A DNA stretch of 64,000 nt from Verrucomicrobiia bacterium (GCA_036490655.1 DASXDM010000029.1:146670-210669); one strand, 5' to 3'. Positions 36,797-45,712 are shown, counted from the stretch's first letter. Notes: generated from the letters alone by a model not told the origin. Translations and numbers: made by a program.

Positions 36797-37703
36797 ATTT
36801 CACCCGCGGGTCCAGCAAGGTGTAGGCGAAGTCAACGACCAGATTCATCCCAATCAACAAGATGGCGTAGAGCAGCGAGAGGCCGACCAGCAAGGGATAG
36901 TCCAAATTTTGCGAACTGTTCACTAAAAAGACGCCAATGCCAGGAATCTGGAAAATGTTTTCGATGACAAATGAGCCCGTCAGCAGGTCCGCAAGCATCG
37001 GCCCGGCAAAGGAAACCACGGGCAGGATGGCGATGCGGACAGCGTGTTTGAGCAACAATTTATTCTCAGAAAGTCCCTTCGCGCGGGCGGCGGTCACAAA
37101 TTCGGATTGGACGGCGTTCAACATCCCTTCACGCATCAGGCGCGCAACTTTTCCGGCGAAGAACAGGCCAAGGGCGATCGGCGGCAACACCATATGCCAG
37201 GGCGTTTCCCAAAGCCCGACCGGCAACAGTTGCCATTTGATCGAGAACACCAGGATGAGGATCGGGGCGACGACGAAGCCGGGAATGCAAACGGCGAGGA
37301 TGGCCAGAAAACTTCCCGCATAATCCTCCCAGCGACCACGGCGGGCGGCGGTAAAAAATCCCAGGGGCAGCCCGAGACCCATCGCAAATCCAAAGGCAAG
37401 AATCCCGAGCGTGGCCGAGATGGGCAATCCCTGCTCAATGATATCACTGACACTGTGGTCGAGGTATTTGTAAGAGACACCGAAATCCCCATGAGCCAGG
37501 CCCCGGAGATATTCCAGGTATTGTTTCCAGACCGGTTCATCCGCGTGATATTTTGCGCGAATGTTATGCTCGATCTGGGGTGAGGCGGGCGCGCGTTCGC
37601 TGTCAAAAGGGCCGCCCGGCGCCAGATGCATCAGGAAAAACGACAGCGCGCTGACGACCAGCAACAGCGGAATGGCGAAAATGAGCCGGCGGACAAAATA
37701 CAT
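36789..37703 (-). CDS. Oligopeptide/dipeptide-type ABC transporter permease (OppB/DppB-like)
   Basis: 304-aa permease with the N-terminus MYFVRRLIFAIPLLLVVSALSFFLMHLAPGGPF and the loop FVTAARAKGLSENKLLLKHAVRIAILPVV, typical of OppB/DppB. Confidence 0.9.
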   Translation of the reverse strand: MYFVRRLIFAIPLLLVVSALSFFLMHLAPGGPFDSERAPASPQIEHNIRAKYHADEPVWKQYLEYLRGLAHGDFGVSYKYLDHSVSDIIEQGLPISATLGILAFGFAMGLGLPLGFFTAARRGRWEDYAGSFLAILAVCIPGFVVAPILILVFSIKWQLLPVGLWETPWHMVLPPIALGLFFAGKVARLMREGMLNAVQSEFVTAARAKGLSENKLLLKHAVRIAILPVVSFAGPMLADLLTGSFVIENIFQIPGIGVFLVNSSQNLDYPLLVGLSLLYAILLIGMNLVVDFAYTLLDPRVKYE

Positions 37704-37748
37704 CGGGGATTATTTAAGCGTAGAGACACGCCAACGCAGAGAAAAAAA

Positions 37749-39440
37749 TCATTTCACTTTGGCGATGCTCTGCAGGGGATGGTCGTCCAGGATGTTCTCG
37801 TAGATGCCTTGCACCTTGTTCGTGTCGAAATAATTGATGCCCTCATAAAAATAGAGGGGAATAACTGGAAGCTGGTCACGGACCAGGATGGTCTCCGCCT
37901 GTTGAAAAAGTTGCCCGCGCTTTTTCACATTCACTTCCGCGTTGGCCTGATGGACGAGCGAGTCGTATTGCGGGTTTGACCAACCGGTACGGTTGTTGCC
38001 GTCGCCGGTGACGAAACACCCCAGAAAGGTGTTCGCATCGTCGTAATCGCCGACCCAACTGGAGCGGGCCACATCGTAATTCAACGATGTCAGCGCATCC
38101 AGGTACGCGGTCCATTCGACCTGGTGCAGTTCCATGTTGATGCCCAACTGATCGTGCCACATCTGCTGTAATTCGATGGCGACTTTTTCATGGATCTTTG
38201 AGCTGCCGCCGGCGGAAGCGTTATACAGGTAAGTGAACGGCGGAAAGCCTTTGCCGCCGGGATAACCCGCCTCGGCCAGTAATTTCCGCGCCAAAACCGG
38301 ATCATAACCCCAGCCATCCGGCGACGTGTAGTCGGCGGTGCCGTCCGGGACCAAATGGGTGGCGACTTCCTCACCGCCCTTGCTGATCCGTTCCACGATG
38401 CGCTTTTTATCGATGGCCATGGCCAAAGCCTGCCGCACGCGCGGGTCGTCGAACGGTTTGCGGGTCACATTGAAGCGGACAAAATATGTACCGAGATAAT
38501 TGAAGGTATGGAAGTCCGGGCGCTGGAGGAGCACATCAAGGATTTCCGCGGGGATCAAATCCTTATCCCAAACGATATCCGCCTCGCCGTGTTCATAAAG
38601 ATTGATGGCCACGTTCGCCGAGCCGACCGGCAGGATGTCGATGATCTCCGATTTCGTATTGGCGGCGTCCCAATAGAGCGGGTTCTTTTTAAAACGCACC
38701 TTGTCGTTCAGTCGCCAATAAACCAGTTCAAACGGCCCGCTGCTGGGCAGAGGTTTGGCCATCAGCCAATGGTCGCCATACTTTTCTATCGTCGCGCGCG
38801 GCACGACATACGACATGGGCATATCGCAGATATCCAGGAAAAAGGGAGTTGGATGGTTCAATTCGACGCGCACGGTAAATGGATCCAACGCATGGACACC
38901 CACTTGCGAAGGGTCCTTGATCCGGCCGGTGTTGAAGGCCTCGGCATTCGTAAGGTAATACAACTGGCCAGCGTATTCCGCTGCCGTGGCCGGCTCCAAC
39001 GTCCGGATCCAGGAATAAACCACATCGTCGGCGCGGATCGGTTCCCCGGTGGACCAGACCAGGTTTGTCCGCAAGTGAAACGTGTAAACGGTCCCGTCCG
39101 GGGAGATGTCCCAGCTTTCCGCCAATCCCGGGATGGCTTGCGCGTTTGTGGGGTCGAGCCTGGTCAGGCCTTCAAACATCCCGATCGCCACACGCATATC
39201 AGCCTGGCCGGTGAGGAGAGCGGGATCAAGCGATTGCGGTTCGGCGCCGTTAAGGATGGTGATATCGGCAGGGGCTTCTTGCCGCATGCAACCTGAAATG
39301 AAGAGGCTGGCGATGGAAAGCAGGCAGCCAAAAAAAATCCTGGCGACCTGCGCGAACCGGGCCTGAACTGTCCCCTGCCCTCCGGCGGCCGGTCGATGAC
39401 TTCCGGCCCCAGGCCTTTGTCTTCCGGCTTCCGTGACCAT
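37749..39440 (-). CDS. ABC transporter substrate-binding lipoprotein, family 5 (peptide/nickel type)
   Basis: 563 aa with the lipobox LFISGC. The size and blocks (NLVWSTGEPI.ADDVVYSW, YF.RFN...PFDD.RVRQA) match family-5 binding proteins. Confidence 0.9.
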   Translation of the reverse strand: MVTEAGRQRPGAGSHRPAAGGQGTVQARFAQVARIFFGCLLSIASLFISGCMRQEAPADITILNGAEPQSLDPALLTGQADMRVAIGMFEGLTRLDPTNAQAIPGLAESWDISPDGTVYTFHLRTNLVWSTGEPIRADDVVYSWIRTLEPATAAEYAGQLYYLTNAEAFNTGRIKDPSQVGVHALDPFTVRVELNHPTPFFLDICDMPMSYVVPRATIEKYGDHWLMAKPLPSSGPFELVYWRLNDKVRFKKNPLYWDAANTKSEIIDILPVGSANVAINLYEHGEADIVWDKDLIPAEILDVLLQRPDFHTFNYLGTYFVRFNVTRKPFDDPRVRQALAMAIDKKRIVERISKGGEEVATHLVPDGTADYTSPDGWGYDPVLARKLLAEAGYPGGKGFPPFTYLYNASAGGSSKIHEKVAIELQQMWHDQLGINMELHQVEWTAYLDALTSLNYDVARSSWVGDYDDANTFLGCFVTGDGNNRTGWSNPQYDSLVHQANAEVNVKKRGQLFQQAETILVRDQLPVIPLYFYEGINYFDTNKVQGIYENILDDHPLQSIAKVK

Positions 39441-39444
39441 CGGA

Positions 39445-39852
39445 TTATTTCGCAGGCGAATTCGTGGCGGCCGGCAATGGCATCGAGAGCAAACTATTGG
39501 TCGGCGGAGCCGAAGTGGCGGGCGTGGCCGGCGGAGCGGTCGGCGACATCGTCGGGCCTGCCGTTTGCAATTGCTGAACGTCTTTGGTGAATTGCGAATT
39601 GTTGCTGCGATGGGCGTGCATTTCCACGTATCCCAGAATCAATGCGAGAGCAAAGAAAACACCGGTCGCGTATTTGGTCACTTTGGTCAGCGAATTGCCG
39701 GAGCCCGCGCCGAACAAAGCGTCGGCCGCCCCGCCGCCGAAAGCCAGTCCGGCTCCGGCATCTTTTTTGGGCAATTGGACGAGCACCAATAAAATCAGAA
39801 GTGCGCTATTGAGCAAAAGCAACACCGTCAAAAGTCCTGCGATATAAATCAT
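39445..39852 (-). CDS. secG: Preprotein translocase subunit SecG (with extended Pro/Thr/Ala-rich tail)
   Basis: LLILLVLVQLPKKDAGAGLAFGGGAADALFGAGSGNSLTKVTKYATGVFFALALILG matches the SecG two-TM core. It lies directly downstream of tpiA, as in many bacteria. Confidence 0.8.
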   Translation of the reverse strand: MIYIAGLLTVLLLLNSALLILLVLVQLPKKDAGAGLAFGGGAADALFGAGSGNSLTKVTKYATGVFFALALILGYVEMHAHRSNNSQFTKDVQQLQTAGPTMSPTAPPATPATSAPPTNSLLSMPLPAATNSPAK

Positions 39853-39860
39853 ATGATAGT

Positions 39861-40625
39861 TTAGATTGAATTCTTGATGATGTCAGCAAAACTCCGCGCC
39901 TCAAGTGAAGCGCCCCCGACCAGCGCGCCGTCCACGTCCGGCTGGCCCATCAGCTCCTTCGCATTATTTGGCTTCACGCTACCGCCGTATTGGATGCGGA
40001 CTTTTTTGGCGACGGCCGGGTCAAAGATCTGTCCCAACACTTTGCGGATGAACGCATGGGCGTCCTGCGCCTGCTGGGTGGTCGCGGTTTTACCCGTGCC
40101 GATGGCCCAGACAGGCTCATAAGCGACGACAGTTTCCGTCATTTGGTCCTTGGTCAAACCGGCGAGGCTCCCGCGAACCTGGGTCTCCAGGACCTTTTCG
40201 GTGAGGTTACCTTCCCGCTCGGCCAGCGTTTCGCCCACGCATACGATCGGTTTCAACGTCGCCACATGTGCCGCGGCCGTTTTTTTGGCGATCAACGCGT
40301 CGGATTCTTTTTGATACTGCCGGCGTTCGCTGTGGCCCAGGATGACATAACGCACTGAAAATTCTTTGAGCATCCCGGCGCAGATCTCGCCCGTGTGCGC
40401 GCCAAAATTATTCTCGCTCATGTTTTGCGCGCCGAGCCGGATATTTTTTGTTTCCAGGATCGCCTTCGACACTGATTCCAGCGCGGTGAACGGCGGACAA
40501 ACCACGACATCCACTTCTTTCACTTTGGCCAGCTCCAATTTCAAATCGTTCACCAGCGCAATCGCCTCGGCGACGGTCTTGTTCATCTTCCAGTTTCCCG
40601 CAATGATCAATTTTCGTTCTTTCAT
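39861..40625 (-). CDS. tpiA: Triosephosphate isomerase
   Basis: 254 aa with IIAGNWKMNK, ILGHSERR and YEPVWAIGTG active-site blocks. Confidence 0.95.
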   Translation of the reverse strand: MKERKLIIAGNWKMNKTVAEAIALVNDLKLELAKVKEVDVVVCPPFTALESVSKAILETKNIRLGAQNMSENNFGAHTGEICAGMLKEFSVRYVILGHSERRQYQKESDALIAKKTAAAHVATLKPIVCVGETLAEREGNLTEKVLETQVRGSLAGLTKDQMTETVVAYEPVWAIGTGKTATTQQAQDAHAFIRKVLGQIFDPAVAKKVRIQYGGSVKPNNAKELMGQPDVDGALVGGASLEARSFADIIKNSI

Positions 40626-40646
40626 AATAATTAATAAATCAAAAAA

Positions 40647-40798
40647 TTAACGCAAAGACGCAAAGGGACTAAGACGCAATGTTATAGCCCATTGACGACG
40701 CGCCTGATTCCGTTCTTCACGTATTGCTCGCCAAAATCGTTTACTGATCTCGTTTTCACTCATCTTTGCGCCTTCGCTCCCCTGCGCCTTTGCGTTAA
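40647..40798. repeat. ~150-bp MITE-like element with imperfect terminal inverted repeats (TTAACGCAAAG...)
   Basis: The left end is ttaacgcaaagacgcaaaggg. The right end, cctgcgcctttgcgttaa, is the reverse complement ttaacgcaaaggcgcagg. It fills the tpiA-pgk spacer. The cgcaaagacgcaaagg motif recurs at ~62966-62984 and in degenerate form at ~31590-31620. Confidence 0.45.
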
Positions 40799-40800
40799 AG

Positions 40801-42054
40801 TCATTTTTCAGACAGAGCTGCGACACCCGGCAGGACGGCGCCTTCCAAAAATTCCAGGCTCGCGCCGCCGCCAGTGCTCATGAAACTCACTTTATCGCCC
40901 AACTTCGCTTTGTTGATGGCCTTCACACTGTCGCCGCCGCCGATGATGCTCTTGGCACCATTCTTTTGGGTGGCGTCCGCCACGGCTTGCGCCACGGCAT
41001 TGGTTGCCGCCGCAAAACGCGGGTCCTCGAACATTCCCAAGGGGCCGTTCCAGAGGATGGTCCTGGCGCCCGCAATGATCTGCGCGTAATTCGTCGCGGT
41101 CTCGGGGCCGGCGCTGAAGCCTTCGGCTTCGTCCGGAATCTCTTTCGTAACGGTATGAATGTTGGCGAAATCGAAAACCGGTTTGCCTTTCTTGTTCAGT
41201 TTGCCGGTATCCACAGGCGTTGCGACGATGATGTCGGTGGGCAATTGAAAATTCACGCCAAGTTTTTTGGCTTTGGTCTCGGCGTCGAGCGCCGTTTGTT
41301 TGTGATCGGGTTCCACCAGGGACTTCCCGACCTTGTCGCCATGCGCCAGCCTGAAGGTATAGGCCATGGCGCCACCGATCAAAATGGTATCCGCCTTCTC
41401 CAGCAAGCGGTCGATGACTTTGATCTTGTCGGAAACTTTCGCGCCGCCAAGGATGACGACAAACGGGCGCGCCGGATTTTCCAGTTCGTCCCCGAGGAAT
41501 TTCAATTCGAGTTCCATCAACAGGCCGGCGGCGCATTTACCGCCGCGTTTGGCGACGAGACGCGCGACCCCTTCCGTGCTGGCGTGGGCGCGATGCGCTG
41601 CCCCGAAAGCATCGTTCACATAGACATCGGCGACCTTGGCCAATTTTTCCGCAAAGGCAGGATCGTTCTTCTCCTCTTCATTGTAATAGCGGACGTTTTC
41701 GAGCAAGGTCACGTCGCCGTCTTTCATGCCGGCCACGGCTTTCTCGACTTTCTCGCCGATGCAATCGTCCACGAAGTTCACGGGCTTGCCGAGCAACTCG
41801 GACAATTTGGCCGCGACGGGCTTCAGGGACATCGTGGCTTCGCGTTTGCCCTTGGGCCGTCCCATGTGCGCGGTGAGAATGATTTTGCCACCCTTTTCGA
41901 TGAGCAATTTCAGCGTGGGCAGCGTGGCGACAATGCGAGTGGCATCAGTGATGACCATCTCGCCGTTTTTTTCTTCCAGCGGCACATTATAATCCACGCG
42001 CGCGAAAACGCGCTTGCCACGAACATCCAAGTCTCGAACCGTAAGTTTAGCCAT
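40801..42054 (-). CDS. pgk: Phosphoglycerate kinase
   Basis: 417 aa with RVDYNVPL, ILGGAKVSDKI and STGGGASLEFLEG blocks. Confidence 0.95.
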   Translation of the reverse strand: MAKLTVRDLDVRGKRVFARVDYNVPLEEKNGEMVITDATRIVATLPTLKLLIEKGGKIILTAHMGRPKGKREATMSLKPVAAKLSELLGKPVNFVDDCIGEKVEKAVAGMKDGDVTLLENVRYYNEEEKNDPAFAEKLAKVADVYVNDAFGAAHRAHASTEGVARLVAKRGGKCAAGLLMELELKFLGDELENPARPFVVILGGAKVSDKIKVIDRLLEKADTILIGGAMAYTFRLAHGDKVGKSLVEPDHKQTALDAETKAKKLGVNFQLPTDIIVATPVDTGKLNKKGKPVFDFANIHTVTKEIPDEAEGFSAGPETATNYAQIIAGARTILWNGPLGMFEDPRFAAATNAVAQAVADATQKNGAKSIIGGGDSVKAINKAKLGDKVSFMSTGGGASLEFLEGAVLPGVAALSEK

Positions 42055-42314
42055 AAATCGAAAATTCTAAATAAATCGAACAAACAGGTTATCTACCCGC
42101 GAAAAAGAGTAAAGAAGTTTCCATAGCCGTCTTTTGTCCATTGTTTTGAAAAGATTAGCTTCGGTGCCGTGAAAACGGCGGAAATGCCTGAAAAAGACGG
42201 GGCTTTGGATCCGTTTTTGCAACGTTAGCCGGGGTGGCGCGCGCTCAGACTCGCGCTTATCCCGGGCTACTTTCGGGTGCCCTTCCAGGGCATCCAATCA
42301 GAGCGGTTAAAAGC

Positions 42315-42336
42315 GGCGCGCAACGGAGTGCGCGCC
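42315..42336 (-). terminator. Possible intrinsic terminator after the YlbF-like gene
   Basis: ggcgcgca-acggag-tgcgcgcc forms an 8-bp GC stem 13 nt past the stop. On the minus strand it is followed by gcttttaacc, a short T run. Confidence 0.4.
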
Positions 42337-42348
42337 CGACCGTACGCC

Positions 42349-42747
42349 TTAATGATGGCAACCGCAGCCGGAGCCACAGGAGCCGCCCTCAAAATCCGTA
42401 TCCGCCGGCACGCGCCCAAGCTCGAAGGTCTTGGTGACGTATTTCTGGATCATTTGCTGCATCTCATGCAATTCATCCTGGGCTTCAAGAAATCCGCGGG
42501 CGACGGGGTTCTTCAGCAAGGCATCGCGATGCTTCTCAAAATCAGCGATCTCCTCGCCGCTCAGCGGTTGTCCGGCGTGCTGTTTCTGGTGAAGGGATTG
42601 TCCCTTGGTGTTCACCACTTCGTATTGTCCCTTGGAGGTGGGATCGGCCAAAAAGGTGTCGATGCGTTTGCGGATGTCCAGCATTTCCGGCTGGGCAACG
42701 ATGGTGGCGCAAAGCTCTTGTGTTTTTTCTTCAATTTTTGATGACAT
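42349..42747 (-). CDS. YlbF/YmcA-like small helical protein with Cys/His-rich C-terminus
   Basis: ATG at 42747 (MSSKIEEKTQELCATIVAQPEMLDIRKRIDTF...). The composition and length resemble the YlbF family. It ends GGSCGSGCGCHH. The family call is tentative. Confidence 0.5.
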   Translation of the reverse strand: MSSKIEEKTQELCATIVAQPEMLDIRKRIDTFLADPTSKGQYEVVNTKGQSLHQKQHAGQPLSGEEIADFEKHRDALLKNPVARGFLEAQDELHEMQQMIQKYVTKTFELGRVPADTDFEGGSCGSGCGCHH

Positions 42748-42813
42748 AAATGTCGGCAAAATAAAACATAAGTTTGCCTGAAAAGCAATTGACATTATGG
42801 CGCTCAATCCGAA

Positions 42814-44769
42814 ATGATGGACTTATCTCTTATGCAGCCAATCCAACTTCAGTGGATCGATTACACAATTCTCATCGCGTATGTCGCCTTCGTGCTCGGA
42901 ATCGGATGGACGCTGGCGCGTTACATGAAAACCTCCGCGGATTTTCTGACATCCGCGCGCTCGATCCCCACGTGGGTCACCGGCCTGGCATTCATTTCCG
43001 CCAACCTGGGCGCGCTTGAACTCGTCGGCATGGCCGCGAGCGGCGCCAAATACGGCATCGCCACCGCACATTTCTATTGGGTCGGCGCGATCCCCGCCAT
43101 GATCTTTCTGGCGGTATTCATGATGCCGTTCTATTACGGCTCCAAGGCGAGGTCGGTCCCGGAATACCTGAAGATGCGCTTTGATGAACGGGTTCGCGCG
43201 CTGAATTCCATCGCCTTTGCCGTGATGACGATTTTTGCCTCGGGAATCTCGATGAACGCCCTGGCCAAATTATTGAACCAGCTCCTGGGCTGGGATTACA
43301 ATTTCGCCCTGATCATCTGCTCGGCGGTCGTGTTGCTCTACGTTTTGAAAGGCGGCCTGACCTCGGCGATCTACACGGAGGTGTTGCAATTTTTCATGAT
43401 CGTCCTGGGCTTCGCGCCGGTCGTGTGGCTCGGTTTAAAGGACATCGGCGGCTGGGGGGCGATGAACCATTCGCTGCAGGCCGTTGCGACGAATCCCTCC
43501 GCTCTTTATCTCAAGGATGCCGGCATAACGTACGCGCCCAATGCCTGGACGAGCGCGTGGCATCCGGTGCTTGCGGGTCCGGCCAATAACCCAATGGGCG
43601 TGGATTGGTTTGCGATGATCTTCGGGCTTGGGTTCGTACTTTCCTTCGGTTACTGGTGCACAAACTTCCTGGTCGTCCAGCGCGCGATGGCAGCCAAGAA
43701 CATGGCGGCGGCCCGCAATACTCCCCTCGTGGCAGCAGTTCCGAAAATGTTCTTCCCGTTCCTGGTCATCGTGCCGGGCATGATCGCGGTGGCCCTGACT
43801 TCGATGCCGGACAAGAATTATCGCATCCCGCCCCCGATCATCGCACAGGCGAATTACGACCAGGCCACTGAAGTGATCAAGAATGCCACCGCCGCCGATG
43901 ATGCCACCGTGAAAGCGGTGGGTGATGCCCTCGGCAAAAAGGTGGATTCCGGGAAAATTGTTTCGCTGATTGAGTCTGAAAAGGCGCATTCTTTGACGAC
44001 CACACAGATCCAACAAGGGCTCTACAACAGCGTCGCCGAGAATTATTACGACGGCGTGATCCTTTCCCTGGTCAAACGTTATTGCCCTCCCGGACTGTTC
44101 GGCCTGGCGCTGACCGCGTTGCTGGCTTCGTTTATGTCCGGCATGGCGGGTAACGTCACTGCGTTCAACACTGTTTTCACCTACGACCTTTACCAGGCTT
44201 ACTTTGCCCCGGGCAAAACCGACCGGCATTATTTCCTGACCGGCAAGGTCATCACGGTGGTCGGCATCGCATTGAGCATGGGGGCGGCTTATTTCGCCTC
44301 GATGTATGACAATGCCATGGACATCATCCAATTGGTCTTCGGCTTTGTGAATGCCCCTCTATTCGCCACGTTCCTGCTGGGCATGTTCTGGAAACGCACC
44401 ACCGGCACCGGCGCGTTCCTGGGGCTGTTCGCCGGCATCGCGGGTTCGGCGCTCTTTCATTCGCTGACGATCGCGCACGGCAATCTTCCGGGCGTCAAAG
44501 GCGGTTACCTGCATGTGGCGGGTGAATTTCCCAGTGAAATGGCCCAGAATTTCTGGCTCGCCGCGTTTGCCTTCACGGTTTGCTTCACTTTCACCCTGGT
44601 GATCTCCCTGGCGACGGCACGCACTAAATCCGATATGGATCTGAAAGGCCTGGTGTATTCGCTGACGCCAAAAATCGTGGATAACAACCAGCCCTGGTAT
44701 CAGCGCCCGGCCATCGTCGGTTCGTTGCTGCTGGTGGTCTGTGTCATCTTGAACCTCATTTTCTGGTGA
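42814..44769 (+). CDS. Sodium:solute symporter family transporter (SGLT-like)
   Basis: 651 aa with ~14 TM helices. The N-terminus IDYTILIAYVAFVLGIGW and blocks such as GGLTSAIYTEVLQ are typical of the SSS family. Confidence 0.9.
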   Translation: MMDLSLMQPIQLQWIDYTILIAYVAFVLGIGWTLARYMKTSADFLTSARSIPTWVTGLAFISANLGALELVGMAASGAKYGIATAHFYWVGAIPAMIFLAVFMMPFYYGSKARSVPEYLKMRFDERVRALNSIAFAVMTIFASGISMNALAKLLNQLLGWDYNFALIICSAVVLLYVLKGGLTSAIYTEVLQFFMIVLGFAPVVWLGLKDIGGWGAMNHSLQAVATNPSALYLKDAGITYAPNAWTSAWHPVLAGPANNPMGVDWFAMIFGLGFVLSFGYWCTNFLVVQRAMAAKNMAAARNTPLVAAVPKMFFPFLVIVPGMIAVALTSMPDKNYRIPPPIIAQANYDQATEVIKNATAADDATVKAVGDALGKKVDSGKIVSLIESEKAHSLTTTQIQQGLYNSVAENYYDGVILSLVKRYCPPGLFGLALTALLASFMSGMAGNVTAFNTVFTYDLYQAYFAPGKTDRHYFLTGKVITVVGIALSMGAAYFASMYDNAMDIIQLVFGFVNAPLFATFLLGMFWKRTTGTGAFLGLFAGIAGSALFHSLTIAHGNLPGVKGGYLHVAGEFPSEMAQNFWLAAFAFTVCFTFTLVISLATARTKSDMDLKGLVYSLTPKIVDNNQPWYQRPAIVGSLLLVVCVILNLIFW

Positions 44770-44806
44770 CCTTTGTTAAACTAAACCAATAAATTTAAAT
44801 AAAAAT

Positions 44807-45013
44807 ATGGGACTCGATATACGCTGGCCAATCGGACTGATGTTCTCGCTCATCGGCGCCCTGCTCATCATTGAAGGGATCGTCACCGGCGCCTCTGACA
44901 AGGCATTGGGCACCAACATCGACTTGCTTTGGGGTATCGTTCTCCTCATTTTCGGCGCGCTCATGCTGTTTGGTGCGATTAGCGGCGGGAAGAAAAATAC
45001 CGGCGGAAAATAG
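44807..45013 (+). CDS. Small two-TM membrane protein (hypothetical)
   Basis: 68 aa with two hydrophobic helices (IGLMFSLIGALLIIEGIV and LLWGIVLLIFGALMLFGAI). It lies 37 nt after the symporter stop. It is a short ORF with moderate support only. Confidence 0.45.
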   Translation: MGLDIRWPIGLMFSLIGALLIIEGIVTGASDKALGTNIDLLWGIVLLIFGALMLFGAISGGKKNTGGK

Positions 45014-45077
45014 CACGTCTCAAGGAAGTGGTCCTGTCTGGTTTCTCAACCCTCACCCCGTTGAGGGAGATGGAGAC

Positions 45078-45230
45078 GAACAATTTTCACGCGCATCCCG
45101 TTGGCGAAAGGAAAGCGGCAGAGGACTGCCGCACTCCACAACCTCGCGGAATTTCGACCGGGGCTCGTGTTCTCGCGGCGACAGTTTTTCTTTAGACGCT
45201 CTAGTTCATAACGGCGGTCAAATGGCATGG
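45078..45230. repeat. ~150-nt direct repeat module D, copy 1
   Basis: gaacaattttcacgcgcatcccgttggcgaaaggaaagcggcagaggactgccgc...cataacggcggtcaaatggcatgg. Copy 2 lies at 45448-45598, with 8 differences by my count. A partial third copy lies at 47286-47329. Confidence 0.85.
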
Positions 45231-45254
45231 CAGGAAGGGTAGTTTTCTGGTGTC

Positions 45255-45300
45255 TCACCCCTCACCCTAACCCTCTCCCCGTTGAGGGGAGAGGGAACAG
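45255..45300. repeat. 46-nt hairpin element (REP-like), copy 2
   Basis: Identical to 32151-32196. Related variants lie at ~47186-47222 (ccctctcccccgagggggagaggg) and ~50537-50578 (ccttctcccccaagggggcgaagg), with a degenerate one at ~45045-45077. Confidence 0.85.
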
Positions 45301-45447
45301 GGAGAGAACGCTTCACAGTGATTGGAAAGGCAGATGGCGGACGAGGCTCATCCGTCTTCGCTGTGCTACGACGCGACAAGGGGGTTCAATACATGGCGCG
45401 CAAGGGACTGCGCCAGTTTCCCGGGGCTTTTAAGGAAGGCTGGCATG

Positions 45448-45598
45448 AACAATTTTACGCGCATCCCATTGGCGAAAGGAAAGCGGCAGAGGACTGCCGC
45501 AGTCCACAACCTCGCGGAATTTCGACCGGGGCTTGTGTTCTCGCGGCGACAGTTTTTCTTCAGACGCTCCAGTTCATAACGGCGGCCAAAAGGCATGG
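45448..45598. repeat. ~150-nt direct repeat module D, copy 2
   Basis: Direct copy of 45078-45230. It contains the hairpin gcggcag-agga-ctgccgc. Confidence 0.85.
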
Positions 45599-45712
45599 CG
45601 ATTCGTGGAACTCGTCTCTCCGAATTTTTTGGTGCGAAAGCGCAGCGCGTCTTCCCGATCACCGCATTTATTGACATCTCCATCTTCAATTCCCTACTCT
45701 CCTTGGATTAAC

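Noticed and set aside
40966-42126. 386-aa ORF on the plus strand opposite pgk. Similar long antisense or alternative-frame ORFs occur elsewhere, for example 48735-49883, 43435-44331, 38355-39296, 51709-52548, 59121-59810, 61650-62345, 29353-30180, 19356-20018, 19954-20637, 7924-8508 and 14513-15133.
   Set aside because: Each lies inside a gene whose other-strand or other-frame product has strong, specific family motifs (Pgk, metzincin, symporter, SBP, esterase and others). The shadow translations are Arg/Gly/His-rich and low in complexity with no motifs. This is as expected for open antisense frames in GC-rich DNA.
42120-42300. Nested hairpins (gccgtctttt...aaaagacgg, gccgt-gaaa-acggc, gcgcg-ctcagact-cgcgc) in the pgk upstream spacer, which could be a small structured RNA.
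   Set aside because: I could not match the sequence to any RNA family I know (SRP, 6S, tmRNA, RNase P, common riboswitches). The hairpins may simply be the terminator of the YlbF-like gene and pgk leader structure. This needs a covariance-model scan (Rfam/Infernal) before any call.
45533-45712. Upstream extension of galK (the track ORF starts at 45533).
   Set aside because: The extra 60 codons run through repeat module D (45448-45598). The ATG at 45713 gives the N-terminus expected for galactokinases (MTLQELSARV... with GRVNVIGEHTDY ~30 residues in).
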